A stretch of 64,000 bases of DNA. It comes from Anaerolineaceae bacterium. Lineage in GTDB: Bacteria > Chloroflexota > Anaerolineae > Anaerolineales > Anaerolineaceae. A model generated the notes under the pieces. That model was not told the DNA's origin and did no database searches. It was given only the letters and a program-made list of their open reading frames with translations. The stretch's first letter is position 1. The number at the start of each line of letters is the position of its first letter. Shown piece by piece: positions 47,307 through 56,263 of this stretch. A program made the translations under genes and the position numbers. The stretch is taken from positions 8,661-72,660 of the forward strand of contig JBEKEX010000002.1 of assembly GCA_050013615.1 (NCBI GenBank), read 5' to 3'.

Positions 47307-50300
47307 ATGGAAGATACTAAACACTCCAACAGCAGCCGTTTACGCGATTGGTTGAACCCAGCCCGGCGCTCCGCGTTGCTGGTCAGCCTGGCAACTTTGA
47401 TCGTCCTCATCCTTGCCATCCAATGGACATTCAATGTAATGCCCCCAACCAGTTGGGGTCACAACGTTTTCAACAACGATGCATTAGTATATGCAGCAAG
47501 CCTCGTCGCAGCCTTTTTGCTTGCCGCCTTACTATACGTCATGGTTTACCGGCAGCTTTCTCTCCAAAATACCCTCCAACGACATACGCTTGAATTGACA
47601 CAAGCCAACCATTCTCTGAATATACTCCGCAGTTGCAATGAGATCCTTGTGCGTGCACAATCTGAACAAGAGCTTCTCGACGAAGTATGTAAAACAATTG
47701 CAGAGCATGGCGTTTTCCCCCTGGCCTGGGTTGGAATCGTCGAAGATCAACGTCCCAACGAAATAAAGCCCATGGCATGTTGCGGTGTAATCGTCGATGC
47801 TGCTGAATTGCCTCCCCTCACATTGTCCAGGGAAGCTGCTTCACAAGAACAAAACGCCGCAGAAAATTTCTACGCCGGCCGGGCTTGGTTAATACCCAAC
47901 ACCGCCAAAGACAATTTTTTTTATGACTGGCATGACAAGGTGAACACCACTAAATTTGGTGCCGCCTTGGCATTGCCCATGATGCAAAACGGCCGTCCGC
48001 TGGGCTTGATGACCATTCACAGTACCGATGTTAAACAATTCAATCCTGAAATAACACGGCTTCTGACCAGCTTGGCTGACGACATGGCGTTCGGCATTTC
48101 CAACTTGCGCACTCACACTGCGCAACAGGTTGCAGAAGCCGCCCTCGAACGTGAGCACGATCTATTCAGCCGCGTGATGGAGACTAACCCAGCCGGCGTA
48201 CTGGTGATCGACCCCAAAGCCCAAGTCCTTTACATCAACAATCGCGCCCGGGAAATCTTGAACGTCCAAACCGAAGTGAATTTCAACCTGGAAGGATTGA
48301 TCAAAGCCAATCAATGGAACTTTACCGACGAAAGCGGTCATGTCCTTCAGGCCAATGACTTGCCGCACAAGCTTATTCTCATCAATCGGCAACCGATCTA
48401 TAACCTCCACATCCGTCTGGAGGATAGGCAGCGCCCATCGTCGCCCTGGCTCATGGTCAATGGCGCCCCGATGCTGGACTCAATCGGTGATGTGGAAGCG
48501 ATCGTCTTGACGATCGAAGATATTACCACCACCAAGGAAGCCGGAGAGGCATTGGTTCGCAGTGAAAAACGCTACCGGCAGTTGTTCGAAACCGTACAGG
48601 AAGGTATCTGGTCCTTCGATGAATCCAATGTAACCACTTACGTCAATGAAACGATGGCTAGTATGTTGGGCTACACCATCGAGGATATCATCGGCCGGTC
48701 TCTCCTCAGCTTCCTGGATGACGAGAATCGCAAAACGGCGATCAAACAATTCGAGAAACTCAGCCAGGGAAGTAGTGAGCAATACGATTGCGAGTTCATC
48801 CACCGCGATGGCCACCACGTGTACGCCCAGCTCCACGCCACCGCATTACACAATGAAGAAGGCCACTACACCGGCGCGCTAGCTCTTGTCAATGATGTCA
48901 CTGTTCGCAGGATGCGCGAGCGTGAATTGGAAGCCATTGCCCGCATGGCCAATGCTTTACGTGAAACCTCATCACAACAAGAAATTGCCCGTGCTTTCCT
49001 GGATCAAATGCTCTACATTTTTCGCGGCAAAGGTGCGGCGCTCGCTGAGCGTGAGCCTTCCGGAGAAGTCCGTTTCGTCTATGGCGCTGGGGCGTGGAAG
49101 AATTGGCCAGGCTCACAGAATCCATCACTGTTGGAGGTCACAGCGAGTGTCATGGACAGTGGCAGGCCGTTGGTCAGCCAAAATACCACCGTTGATCTGA
49201 GCCTGGCTTTCCCTGACCTTTTAGGGTATTTGAACACCGTCATCTGCCTCCCGCTCATCATCCACAAACAAACCATCGGCGCATTCTGGTTGGGCAAACC
49301 ACGCCTCATCACCACCAACCCGCAGACCATTTCCCAGGATGAAGTGAAATTGCTGAGCGCCGCTGCCGATATCGGCGCCAGTGCCTTGCAGCGTGCTCTA
49401 TTGCTGGAACAAACCGAGCTGCGCTTGCGCCGCATGAGTGCTTTGCGCGACATCACCCTCACCATCAGCACCAGCCTGAACGTGCATAATACGCTCGAAC
49501 AATTGCTCAAACATGTGGTCAGTAAGCTGGGCGTCTCAGCGGCGAGCGTGCTGCTTTATAACGCCGAAGAAAAACGCTTGGACTTTGCAGCTGGTCAGAA
49601 TTTGAAACCTATGCCACGGGTGGGCGCCTTTGTCATGTTGAAGAGCGATTATGCCAGCCAGGCCGTGCAGACCGGGCACGTCATTACGGCTTCACACCAA
49701 CCGGAAGTGATGCAGGGTTTCGACCGGAGCTGGACGCAATCGCTTGAAGGCTATCAGCATTATGAGGCTATTCCCCTGATCGCCAAGGGTCAACCAAAAG
49801 GTGTTTTGGAACTTTTTTATCACACCGCGCCTACGATCGATGCTGAATGGCTCGATTTTCTCTCCAGCATTTCAACCCAGGTGGCCATCACACTCGATAA
49901 CGCCGAGCTGTTCGAGCGCTTGCATATCTCCAACCAAGACCTGATCATGGCTTACGACGCCACCATCGAAGGCTGGTCGCACGCCATGGAGTTGCGCGAT
50001 CGTGAAATGGAGGGCCACGCCGAGCGTGTGGCCGAGATCACATTGATGCTGGCCAAGAAATTTGGCCTCGACCAGGAACAATTGATCCACATCCGCCGTG
50101 GTGCCTTGCTGCACGACATCGGCAAAATGGCCATTTCGGACAACGTCCTCTACAAAGTGGGCTCATTCACACCCCACGAGTGGGAGATCATGCGCCGTCA
50201 TCCCGAATACGCCTACCAATTGCTGTATCCCATCGCCTACCTGCGCCCCGCCATTGACATTCCTTATTGTCATCACGAACGCTGGGATGGCAAAGGCTAC

Positions 50301-50507
50301 CCGCGCGGGCTTAAAGGGGAAGAAATACCGTTGGCAGCACGCATCTTCACCATCGTCGACGTTTGGGATGCGCTACGCTCTGACCGGCCATATCGCAAGG
50401 GTTGGAGCGCAGAAAAGGTCAGCGAGTATATCCGCATGGGCTCCGGGACGATGTTCGATCCAAACGTTGTCAAGGTCTTCTTTGAGCAGGTTTTACCGGA
50501 AATGTAA
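47307..50507 (+). CDS. Membrane-associated multi-domain sensor (GAF and PAS domains) with a C-terminal HD-GYP domain (c-di-GMP phosphodiesterase type)
   Basis: It has two N-terminal hydrophobic helices. PAS-like segments include SEKRYRQLFETVQEGIW. The C-terminus carries HAERVA...LLHDIGK...HHERWDGKGYPRGL (HD-GYP). Confidence 0.8.
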   Translation: MEDTKHSNSSRLRDWLNPARRSALLVSLATLIVLILAIQWTFNVMPPTSWGHNVFNNDALVYAASLVAAFLLAALLYVMVYRQLSLQNTLQRHTLELTQANHSLNILRSCNEILVRAQSEQELLDEVCKTIAEHGVFPLAWVGIVEDQRPNEIKPMACCGVIVDAAELPPLTLSREAASQEQNAAENFYAGRAWLIPNTAKDNFFYDWHDKVNTTKFGAALALPMMQNGRPLGLMTIHSTDVKQFNPEITRLLTSLADDMAFGISNLRTHTAQQVAEAALEREHDLFSRVMETNPAGVLVIDPKAQVLYINNRAREILNVQTEVNFNLEGLIKANQWNFTDESGHVLQANDLPHKLILINRQPIYNLHIRLEDRQRPSSPWLMVNGAPMLDSIGDVEAIVLTIEDITTTKEAGEALVRSEKRYRQLFETVQEGIWSFDESNVTTYVNETMASMLGYTIEDIIGRSLLSFLDDENRKTAIKQFEKLSQGSSEQYDCEFIHRDGHHVYAQLHATALHNEEGHYTGALALVNDVTVRRMRERELEAIARMANALRETSSQQEIARAFLDQMLYIFRGKGAALAEREPSGEVRFVYGAGAWKNWPGSQNPSLLEVTASVMDSGRPLVSQNTTVDLSLAFPDLLGYLNTVICLPLIIHKQTIGAFWLGKPRLITTNPQTISQDEVKLLSAAADIGASALQRALLLEQTELRLRRMSALRDITLTISTSLNVHNTLEQLLKHVVSKLGVSAASVLLYNAEEKRLDFAAGQNLKPMPRVGAFVMLKSDYASQAVQTGHVITASHQPEVMQGFDRSWTQSLEGYQHYEAIPLIAKGQPKGVLELFYHTAPTIDAEWLDFLSSISTQVAITLDNAELFERLHISNQDLIMAYDATIEGWSHAMELRDREMEGHAERVAEITLMLAKKFGLDQEQLIHIRRGALLHDIGKMAISDNVLYKVGSFTPHEWEIMRRHPEYAYQLLYPIAYLRPAIDIPYCHHERWDGKGYPRGLKGEEIPLAARIFTIVDVWDALRSDRPYRKGWSAEKVSEYIRMGSGTMFDPNVVKVFFEQVLPEM

Positions 50508-50622
50508 GGCGAATCATCCGGTTAGCCCATTGCATCATTCAAATTTCCTGTCCGACACACAAATCGAAAGAATTTCGCTCTCGTGGTATGATTATTCTAC
50601 AAATTGCAACGGTTAGAAGGTC

Positions 50623-51393
50623 ATGGACGTATTTACGATCTTGATTGCTGGTGGTACCGGCGTGGGACTGTGGCGGATAACCCAAAATGTTGCCTCTCCC
50701 CAGGTCGTCCGGCGAGTGATCTCCGGCCTACTGGTGCTAACAGGCAGCCTGCTGGGAGCCCGCACCGGCTATACTGTGGAACATTGGCAATACCTCTCCA
50801 CACACCTCCTCGAAATCCCTCAGCTTTGGCTGGGAGGGCTATCCTGGCCCGGAGCAATCATTGGGGCACTCCTGGTCATCGCCCTTTTATCGTGGGAGGC
50901 CAACATCCCCTATTTGCGCATGGCCGACCAGTTTGCCCCATTGGTCCAACCGCTGGCCATTACCGCCTGGATTGGCTGCTGGCTGGTGGGCAGCGGCTAC
51001 GGCGCAACACTGCCGCAAAACACCTGGTGGGGCATCGCCGCACTGGACGAGACCGGGGCTATGGCCCTGCGCTTCCCCGTGCAACCGCTGGCTGCCATCA
51101 GCTTGATCGCGTATTACGGGCTGCTGGAGTATAAAATACCCCGTCGCATCCCCACCGGCGCCTACAGCAGCCTATGCGGCCTCGGCCTGGCGGTCAATTT
51201 GCTCTTGTTCTCATTGATCATGGTCGATACCCAGCCAATCTGGATGGGACTGCATATGGATAGCTGGAACGCATTATTGTTCCTGGTTTTGTGCTCCATC
51301 ACTTTTGCCTACGTGGAGTGGGGTTGGAAATTTCGAAAGCGGATTCGCCTGCCGCTGCTTTTCAACACCCTTCACCTACGAAAAAACAGTTGA
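50623..51393 (+). CDS. Polytopic membrane protein, possibly of the prolipoprotein diacylglyceryl transferase (Lgt) family
   Basis: It is 256 aa with about 7 hydrophobic segments. The WLGGLSWPGAIIGALL segment resembles the Lgt GGL..G..G region. The assignment is weak. Confidence 0.35.
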   Translation: MDVFTILIAGGTGVGLWRITQNVASPQVVRRVISGLLVLTGSLLGARTGYTVEHWQYLSTHLLEIPQLWLGGLSWPGAIIGALLVIALLSWEANIPYLRMADQFAPLVQPLAITAWIGCWLVGSGYGATLPQNTWWGIAALDETGAMALRFPVQPLAAISLIAYYGLLEYKIPRRIPTGAYSSLCGLGLAVNLLLFSLIMVDTQPIWMGLHMDSWNALLFLVLCSITFAYVEWGWKFRKRIRLPLLFNTLHLRKNS

Positions 51394-51423
51394 AACCGGA
51401 TATTTGAAATCTAAGCAAACCTT

Positions 51424-52269
51424 ATGAAAATAGCACTCTCGCAAATCAACACTCAACTGGGCAACGTCCCCGCCAACCTGGAAAGGCACCTGTCCATTGC
51501 ACAGGAAGCCGAAAAGGCCGGCGCCGACCTGCTCATCTTCCCGGAACTTTCGCTCACCGGCTACGTGCTGCAAGACCTGGCATCCACGGTTGCACACCAC
51601 CCCACCCCGGAAGACCCGGTGTTCAAGCCGCTCCTTAAAGCCAGCCAAAAACTGGATATGGTGGTCGGCTTTGTGGAAGAAGATATACGCAACCGTTTCT
51701 TCATCGCCCAGGCTTACTTATCAGGCGGGAAAGTGCTGCACGTCCATCGCAAGGTCTACCTGCCGACTTATGGCCTCTTCGACGAAGGGCGTTTCTTCGC
51801 CTGGGGTGATTCGATCCAGGCCTTCGATACCCGCTTCGGGCGGGTGGGCATGCTCATCTGCGAAGACTTCTGGCACGCTTCTCCGCCCTACCTGTTATGG
51901 TTGGATGGCGCCGACATGTTCATCCACACCTCGGCCTCACCCGGCCGCGGCCTGAACAGCGGTGAGATGCTCGAATCTTCCCGCTGGGTGGACCATATCA
52001 ACCGTGCCTATGCCAGTTTGTTCACCGTCTTTGTTGCTCATTCCAACCGCGTCGGTTTCGAGGACGGACTCAATTTCTGGGGCGGCGCGGCCATCTTCGA
52101 TCCCAATGGCGACGAAGTGGTTCACGGCCCCTTCCATGAAGAAGCCTTGGTGCTGGCCGACGTAGACCTGAACCAACTCCATCGCACACGGGCACGGCTG
52201 CCCCTGCTGCGCGACGAGCGTACCGGCCTGGTGATGCACGAATTGGAAAGGATCCTCGGCAAGTCATAA
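51424..52269 (+). CDS. Carbon-nitrogen hydrolase (nitrilase superfamily), a likely glutaminase partner of NadE
   Basis: The E-K-C triad contexts are FPELSLTGY, HRKVYLPT and MLICEDFWH. It lies directly upstream of nadE. Confidence 0.75.
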   Translation: MKIALSQINTQLGNVPANLERHLSIAQEAEKAGADLLIFPELSLTGYVLQDLASTVAHHPTPEDPVFKPLLKASQKLDMVVGFVEEDIRNRFFIAQAYLSGGKVLHVHRKVYLPTYGLFDEGRFFAWGDSIQAFDTRFGRVGMLICEDFWHASPPYLLWLDGADMFIHTSASPGRGLNSGEMLESSRWVDHINRAYASLFTVFVAHSNRVGFEDGLNFWGGAAIFDPNGDEVVHGPFHEEALVLADVDLNQLHRTRARLPLLRDERTGLVMHELERILGKS

Positions 52270-52311
52270 AGCGTTGACCGCTGATTTGCCAGAGCTGAAG
52301 AAAGGCAAAAG

Positions 52312-53133
52312 ATGCACGATCTGATCATTAATACCGATCTGGCACGCCAGATCCTTACCGGGTTCATCCACACCGAGATCACTCGCACCGGGCTGTCGAA
52401 AGCCGTCATCGGACTTTCCGGCGGTATCGATTCGGCGTTATCCTGCTTTTTGGCTGCCGAAGCGCTGGGACCCCAAAACGTGCTGGCCGTGCGTATGCCC
52501 TATAAAACCTCTTCGCAAGATTCGCTCGACGATGCCCAAAGCGTGGTCGACGCCACGGGCGTCCAGTCGACGACAATCCCGATTTCCGAGATGGTCGATC
52601 CGCTGCTGCAGCACTTTCCGGAAATGGATCCGATGCGCAAGGGCAACATCATGGCACGCATGCGCATGATCGTGCTTTACGACCAATCTGTCGCCTTCAA
52701 AGGGCTGGTGGTGGGCACCAGCAACAAGACCGAGATCCTGCTGGGTTATTCCACGCTTTGGGGTGATTCGGCTTCTGCCCTCAACCCCCTGGGCGACCTT
52801 TACAAGACGCAGGTGCGTCAACTCGCGCAGGCCATGAACATTCCCGATACGATCATCCAGAAGCCGCCCACCGCCGACTTGTGGAAAGGCCAGACCGACG
52901 AAGGCGAACTAGGCTTTACCTACGAAGAGGCTGATAAACTACTCTACCTGCTGGTGGACCAGCGCTATACGCCGGCCGAGTGCATCGCCAGCGGTTATGC
53001 CGAAGCCTTCGTCACCACCGTAGTCGATCGCATCCGGCGCAACCAATTCAAGCGCATCCTGCCGCCCATCGCCAAACTCAGCAACCGTACTGTGGGATAT
53101 GACTTCCTGTACCTGCGCGACTGGGGCACGTAG
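52312..53133 (+). CDS. nadE: NAD+ synthetase (NadE, ATP-pyrophosphatase domain only)
   Basis: It has the GLSGGIDSALS PP-loop and is 273 aa. Confidence 0.85.
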   Translation: MHDLIINTDLARQILTGFIHTEITRTGLSKAVIGLSGGIDSALSCFLAAEALGPQNVLAVRMPYKTSSQDSLDDAQSVVDATGVQSTTIPISEMVDPLLQHFPEMDPMRKGNIMARMRMIVLYDQSVAFKGLVVGTSNKTEILLGYSTLWGDSASALNPLGDLYKTQVRQLAQAMNIPDTIIQKPPTADLWKGQTDEGELGFTYEEADKLLYLLVDQRYTPAECIASGYAEAFVTTVVDRIRRNQFKRILPPIAKLSNRTVGYDFLYLRDWGT

Positions 53134-53240
53134 AGACTTAATCCAATCGACGCACTTATTTCATCCGATTGTCACTAGGCGTTCCGAGCAATTTGCATCA
53201 AGATTGAGGCATCCTTAAAGGTTTTGTGCGTCGTCTCTGA

Positions 53241-54479
53241 ATGGATAAACCGGGTTTCAAAATTCCGCCGGCTTTACGCAGCCGGCCATTTCTACTCTAT
53301 TGGGGTGGACAGCTCATCTCCATCGCCGGCTCACAAATGCAACTGTGGGCACTCTATTGGCATATCCGCACGCTGACCTCCGAGCCGATTGCGTTGGGCG
53401 GCATCGGCGTGGTGCGCTTTTTGCCGGTGCTGATCTTTTCATTACTGGGGGGATTGGTCGCAGATCAATTCAACCGCCGTACCATCGTGTTGATCACCCA
53501 GACCACATTGATGTTGATCGCCGCCATCTTGGGCCTGCTCACCTGGCTGGGGACCATCCAGCTCTGGCATATTTACCTGTTGGTGGGTATCCAGGCTTTT
53601 GCCACCTCCTTCGACGGCCCGGCACGCGCCGCCCTGGTGCCCAACCTGGTGCCACGAAAAGACCTCCCCAACGCTTTCAGTATGACCTCCATGGCCCAAA
53701 ATGTCGGCGCAATCATTGGACCGCTGTTCAGCGGCGTCGTCATCGCTACACTGGGCCAGCAATGGGCCTACTGGATTAATTCGGTGTCCTTCCTGGCAGT
53801 GATCATATCCTTGTTGCTGATCGGCGCGATCCCCCAATCACAGACCATCCATATCGGCAATAATTGGCTGCAATGGTCGACCATCAAAGAGGGCATCCAA
53901 TACATACTCGCCCAGCCCATCATCCTCTCCAGCATGATCCTGGACTTCTTCGCCACCTTCTTCTCCTCGGCCAACACCCTGCTGCCCTTCGTCGCCCGCG
54001 ATGTCTTGAACGTCGGCGCCGTCGAGTATGGCTGGCTTTCGGCGGCCCAATCCGTAGGCTCTGTAGCAGTGGCGCTATACATCTCACAAAATACCCGCAT
54101 CCGCCGCCAGGGCGTGGTATTGCTATCGGCAGTGGGGATGTTCGGCGTTGGCACCATTCTGTTCGGCGCCTCTACATCGTTCTGGCTGACCATGCTGTCC
54201 CTGATTGTTGTCGGCGGGTCGGATACCATCAGCACCATCCTGCGCAATACCATTCGCCAGTTGATCACCCCTGACGAGATGCGTGGCCGCATGACCAGCA
54301 TCAACCAGATCTTCTTTATGGGCGGCCCGCAACTGGGTGAGATAGAATCCGGCCTGGTGGCACAGGCATTCGGTGTGCCGGCTGCCATCGTCAGCGGTGG
54401 CATCGGCTGCATCCTGGCTGTGTCCGTCATCGCCTGGCGCTGGCCGCAGCTCCGCCAATATGACAGCGTCACTCATTAA
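53241..54479 (+). CDS. MFS transporter (EntS/MFS_3-like)
   Basis: It is 412 aa with about 12 hydrophobic segments. The segment LLGGLVADQFNRR is motif-A-like. Confidence 0.7.
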   Translation: MDKPGFKIPPALRSRPFLLYWGGQLISIAGSQMQLWALYWHIRTLTSEPIALGGIGVVRFLPVLIFSLLGGLVADQFNRRTIVLITQTTLMLIAAILGLLTWLGTIQLWHIYLLVGIQAFATSFDGPARAALVPNLVPRKDLPNAFSMTSMAQNVGAIIGPLFSGVVIATLGQQWAYWINSVSFLAVIISLLLIGAIPQSQTIHIGNNWLQWSTIKEGIQYILAQPIILSSMILDFFATFFSSANTLLPFVARDVLNVGAVEYGWLSAAQSVGSVAVALYISQNTRIRRQGVVLLSAVGMFGVGTILFGASTSFWLTMLSLIVVGGSDTISTILRNTIRQLITPDEMRGRMTSINQIFFMGGPQLGEIESGLVAQAFGVPAAIVSGGIGCILAVSVIAWRWPQLRQYDSVTH

Positions 54480-54589
54480 TTTCTTCGGCACCCTGGCACA
54501 TTCTCAACAGCTCTGATAGACGAGCGCATCGGTCGACAGCGATATAATAATCATATTGCCATCGGGACGCGTAATTTCTGGAACAAGAA

Positions 54590-56221
54590 ATGAAATCGAC
54601 TACTAAAACGCTGATCATCCTGTGCTTCATTGCGGTGCTATATTTTGTACTCTTCATCGCCCCCAATAACACCGGTGCCAAAGATGTGAACATGATCGCG
54701 GTGTTCAATATCGACGAGTACGCCCAATACCCGTACGCTATCGGCAGGCTCATCCCGGGCGATACCCTGATCAAGACCCTGCGTAATTTCTTCATCTATG
54801 GGCATTATTTTTACGGTTACCCATTCTATTTCTGGTCATCCATTGCCCTGCTGCCATCGCTGATCTTCGCCGGCGCAAACTGGTCATCGCAGACGGCACT
54901 GAACATGGTGCTGTTGCGCCAGATCGTCAACGTGCTGCCGATGATCCTGGCGGCGGCATTGCTGGTGTGGCTCCAAACGCGCTATAAACGCTGGTGGCTT
55001 TCTGCCGGATTATTCGTGCTGCTACTTTCCATCCCGGTGGTCGTCAGCAATGACTTATGGTGGCACCCCGATAGCCTGGCCATGCTTTCGGTGGTGGTGA
55101 CGCTGCTTTTCCTCGACCTGGACCGGCAGCGCTTCGGCCGCTATTTCTTCATCGCTGCGGCAGCCTGCGGCGTGGCCATCGGCATCAAATACGAAGGGGT
55201 GTTCTTCGGACTGGCCATCCCGATCTATCTATTGTGGGGTAAGTTCACGCACAAGATCTCTTGGAAGCGCTTATTCGGCATGGCCGCAGCCTTCGTGGGC
55301 ATCATGCTGGCAGCCCTGGTGATCTCCAACCCGTTGCTGTTGCTGCCCCAGGAACGTGCCGAGATCATCCACTACCAGATCTGGCAGTACCAGCAAACGA
55401 CCGGCGGCATCATCGTCGCCAGCAAGCAAGCTTTCTTCCGCCTCGGTGTTTACCCGGATTCGTTCCGCACCGGGTACGGTGAGCTGGCTTTCATGCTGCT
55501 GGGCATGTCCGGCATGGTCATCGGCCTGCTGCGCCCGCAGCGCCGGGTCACAACCGTGATGATGCTGGCCTTCATGGTACCGTCATTTATTACCACCAAC
55601 AACGCTGCCAGCCTGCGCCTTTATTACTTCATCCCGGTGGTCATGCTGCTGCTCAGCAACCTGGCGAACTTCTTCCCGGAGCCGAACGAGACCATCGACT
55701 GGCCGGCGTGGAGCCGCAAGATTCTCCCCTGGGTGAGTATCCTGGTAGGCATTGCCGCCGTGGTGCAATTCGGCGTTTTCGCTGTCAACGATGCCAAACA
55801 AATCTCCACGCAAATCCACCGCGAGGAAACATCCACTTCCATCAGCCTTTTCGAGCAGATCGACCCATCGATTTTGGAACGCATCGTGCTGAACCGCAAG
55901 CTGGTGATCCTGCGCGATTGGCAAATGTATATCCCAGAGAGGCCAGCCTGGCGGATCGAGATCGATTGGAATAACATCACCAACGACACGGTCGCTTCCG
56001 TCAAGCCGGATGTGATTGTGCTCGACCAGGCCAACGTCACATTGTTTACCGGGCCGGACGCGCTACAGCAAGCCGCCGATGTGAGCAAGATGCGCCAGTG
56101 GCAGGCCTTTTACGGCGCGGCCGCTAGCGATCAACTGACTGGATATAAGATGGTGCTCAACAACAAGACCGGGGTAGTGCTCGTCAAAGACGAGCTATAC
56201 CAACAATTCTTGCAGCCTTAA
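54590..56221 (+). CDS. GT-C-like polytopic membrane glycosyltransferase (ArnT/PMT-like) with a C-terminal soluble domain
   Basis: It is 543 aa. The first loop has an acidic motif (NIDEYAQYPY). It has many TM segments. Confidence 0.45.
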   Translation: MKSTTKTLIILCFIAVLYFVLFIAPNNTGAKDVNMIAVFNIDEYAQYPYAIGRLIPGDTLIKTLRNFFIYGHYFYGYPFYFWSSIALLPSLIFAGANWSSQTALNMVLLRQIVNVLPMILAAALLVWLQTRYKRWWLSAGLFVLLLSIPVVVSNDLWWHPDSLAMLSVVVTLLFLDLDRQRFGRYFFIAAAACGVAIGIKYEGVFFGLAIPIYLLWGKFTHKISWKRLFGMAAAFVGIMLAALVISNPLLLLPQERAEIIHYQIWQYQQTTGGIIVASKQAFFRLGVYPDSFRTGYGELAFMLLGMSGMVIGLLRPQRRVTTVMMLAFMVPSFITTNNAASLRLYYFIPVVMLLLSNLANFFPEPNETIDWPAWSRKILPWVSILVGIAAVVQFGVFAVNDAKQISTQIHREETSTSISLFEQIDPSILERIVLNRKLVILRDWQMYIPERPAWRIEIDWNNITNDTVASVKPDVIVLDQANVTLFTGPDALQQAADVSKMRQWQAFYGAAASDQLTGYKMVLNNKTGVVLVKDELYQQFLQP

Positions 56222-56223
56222 CC

Positions 56224-56256
56224 AAACCGGCGCCATCTCTGGCGCCGGTTTGTTAT
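56224..56256. terminator. Bidirectional terminator between convergent genes
   Basis: The 12-bp stem aaaccggcgcca / tggcgccggttt has T-rich sequence downstream. Confidence 0.7.
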
Positions 56257-56263
56257 TTATCGT

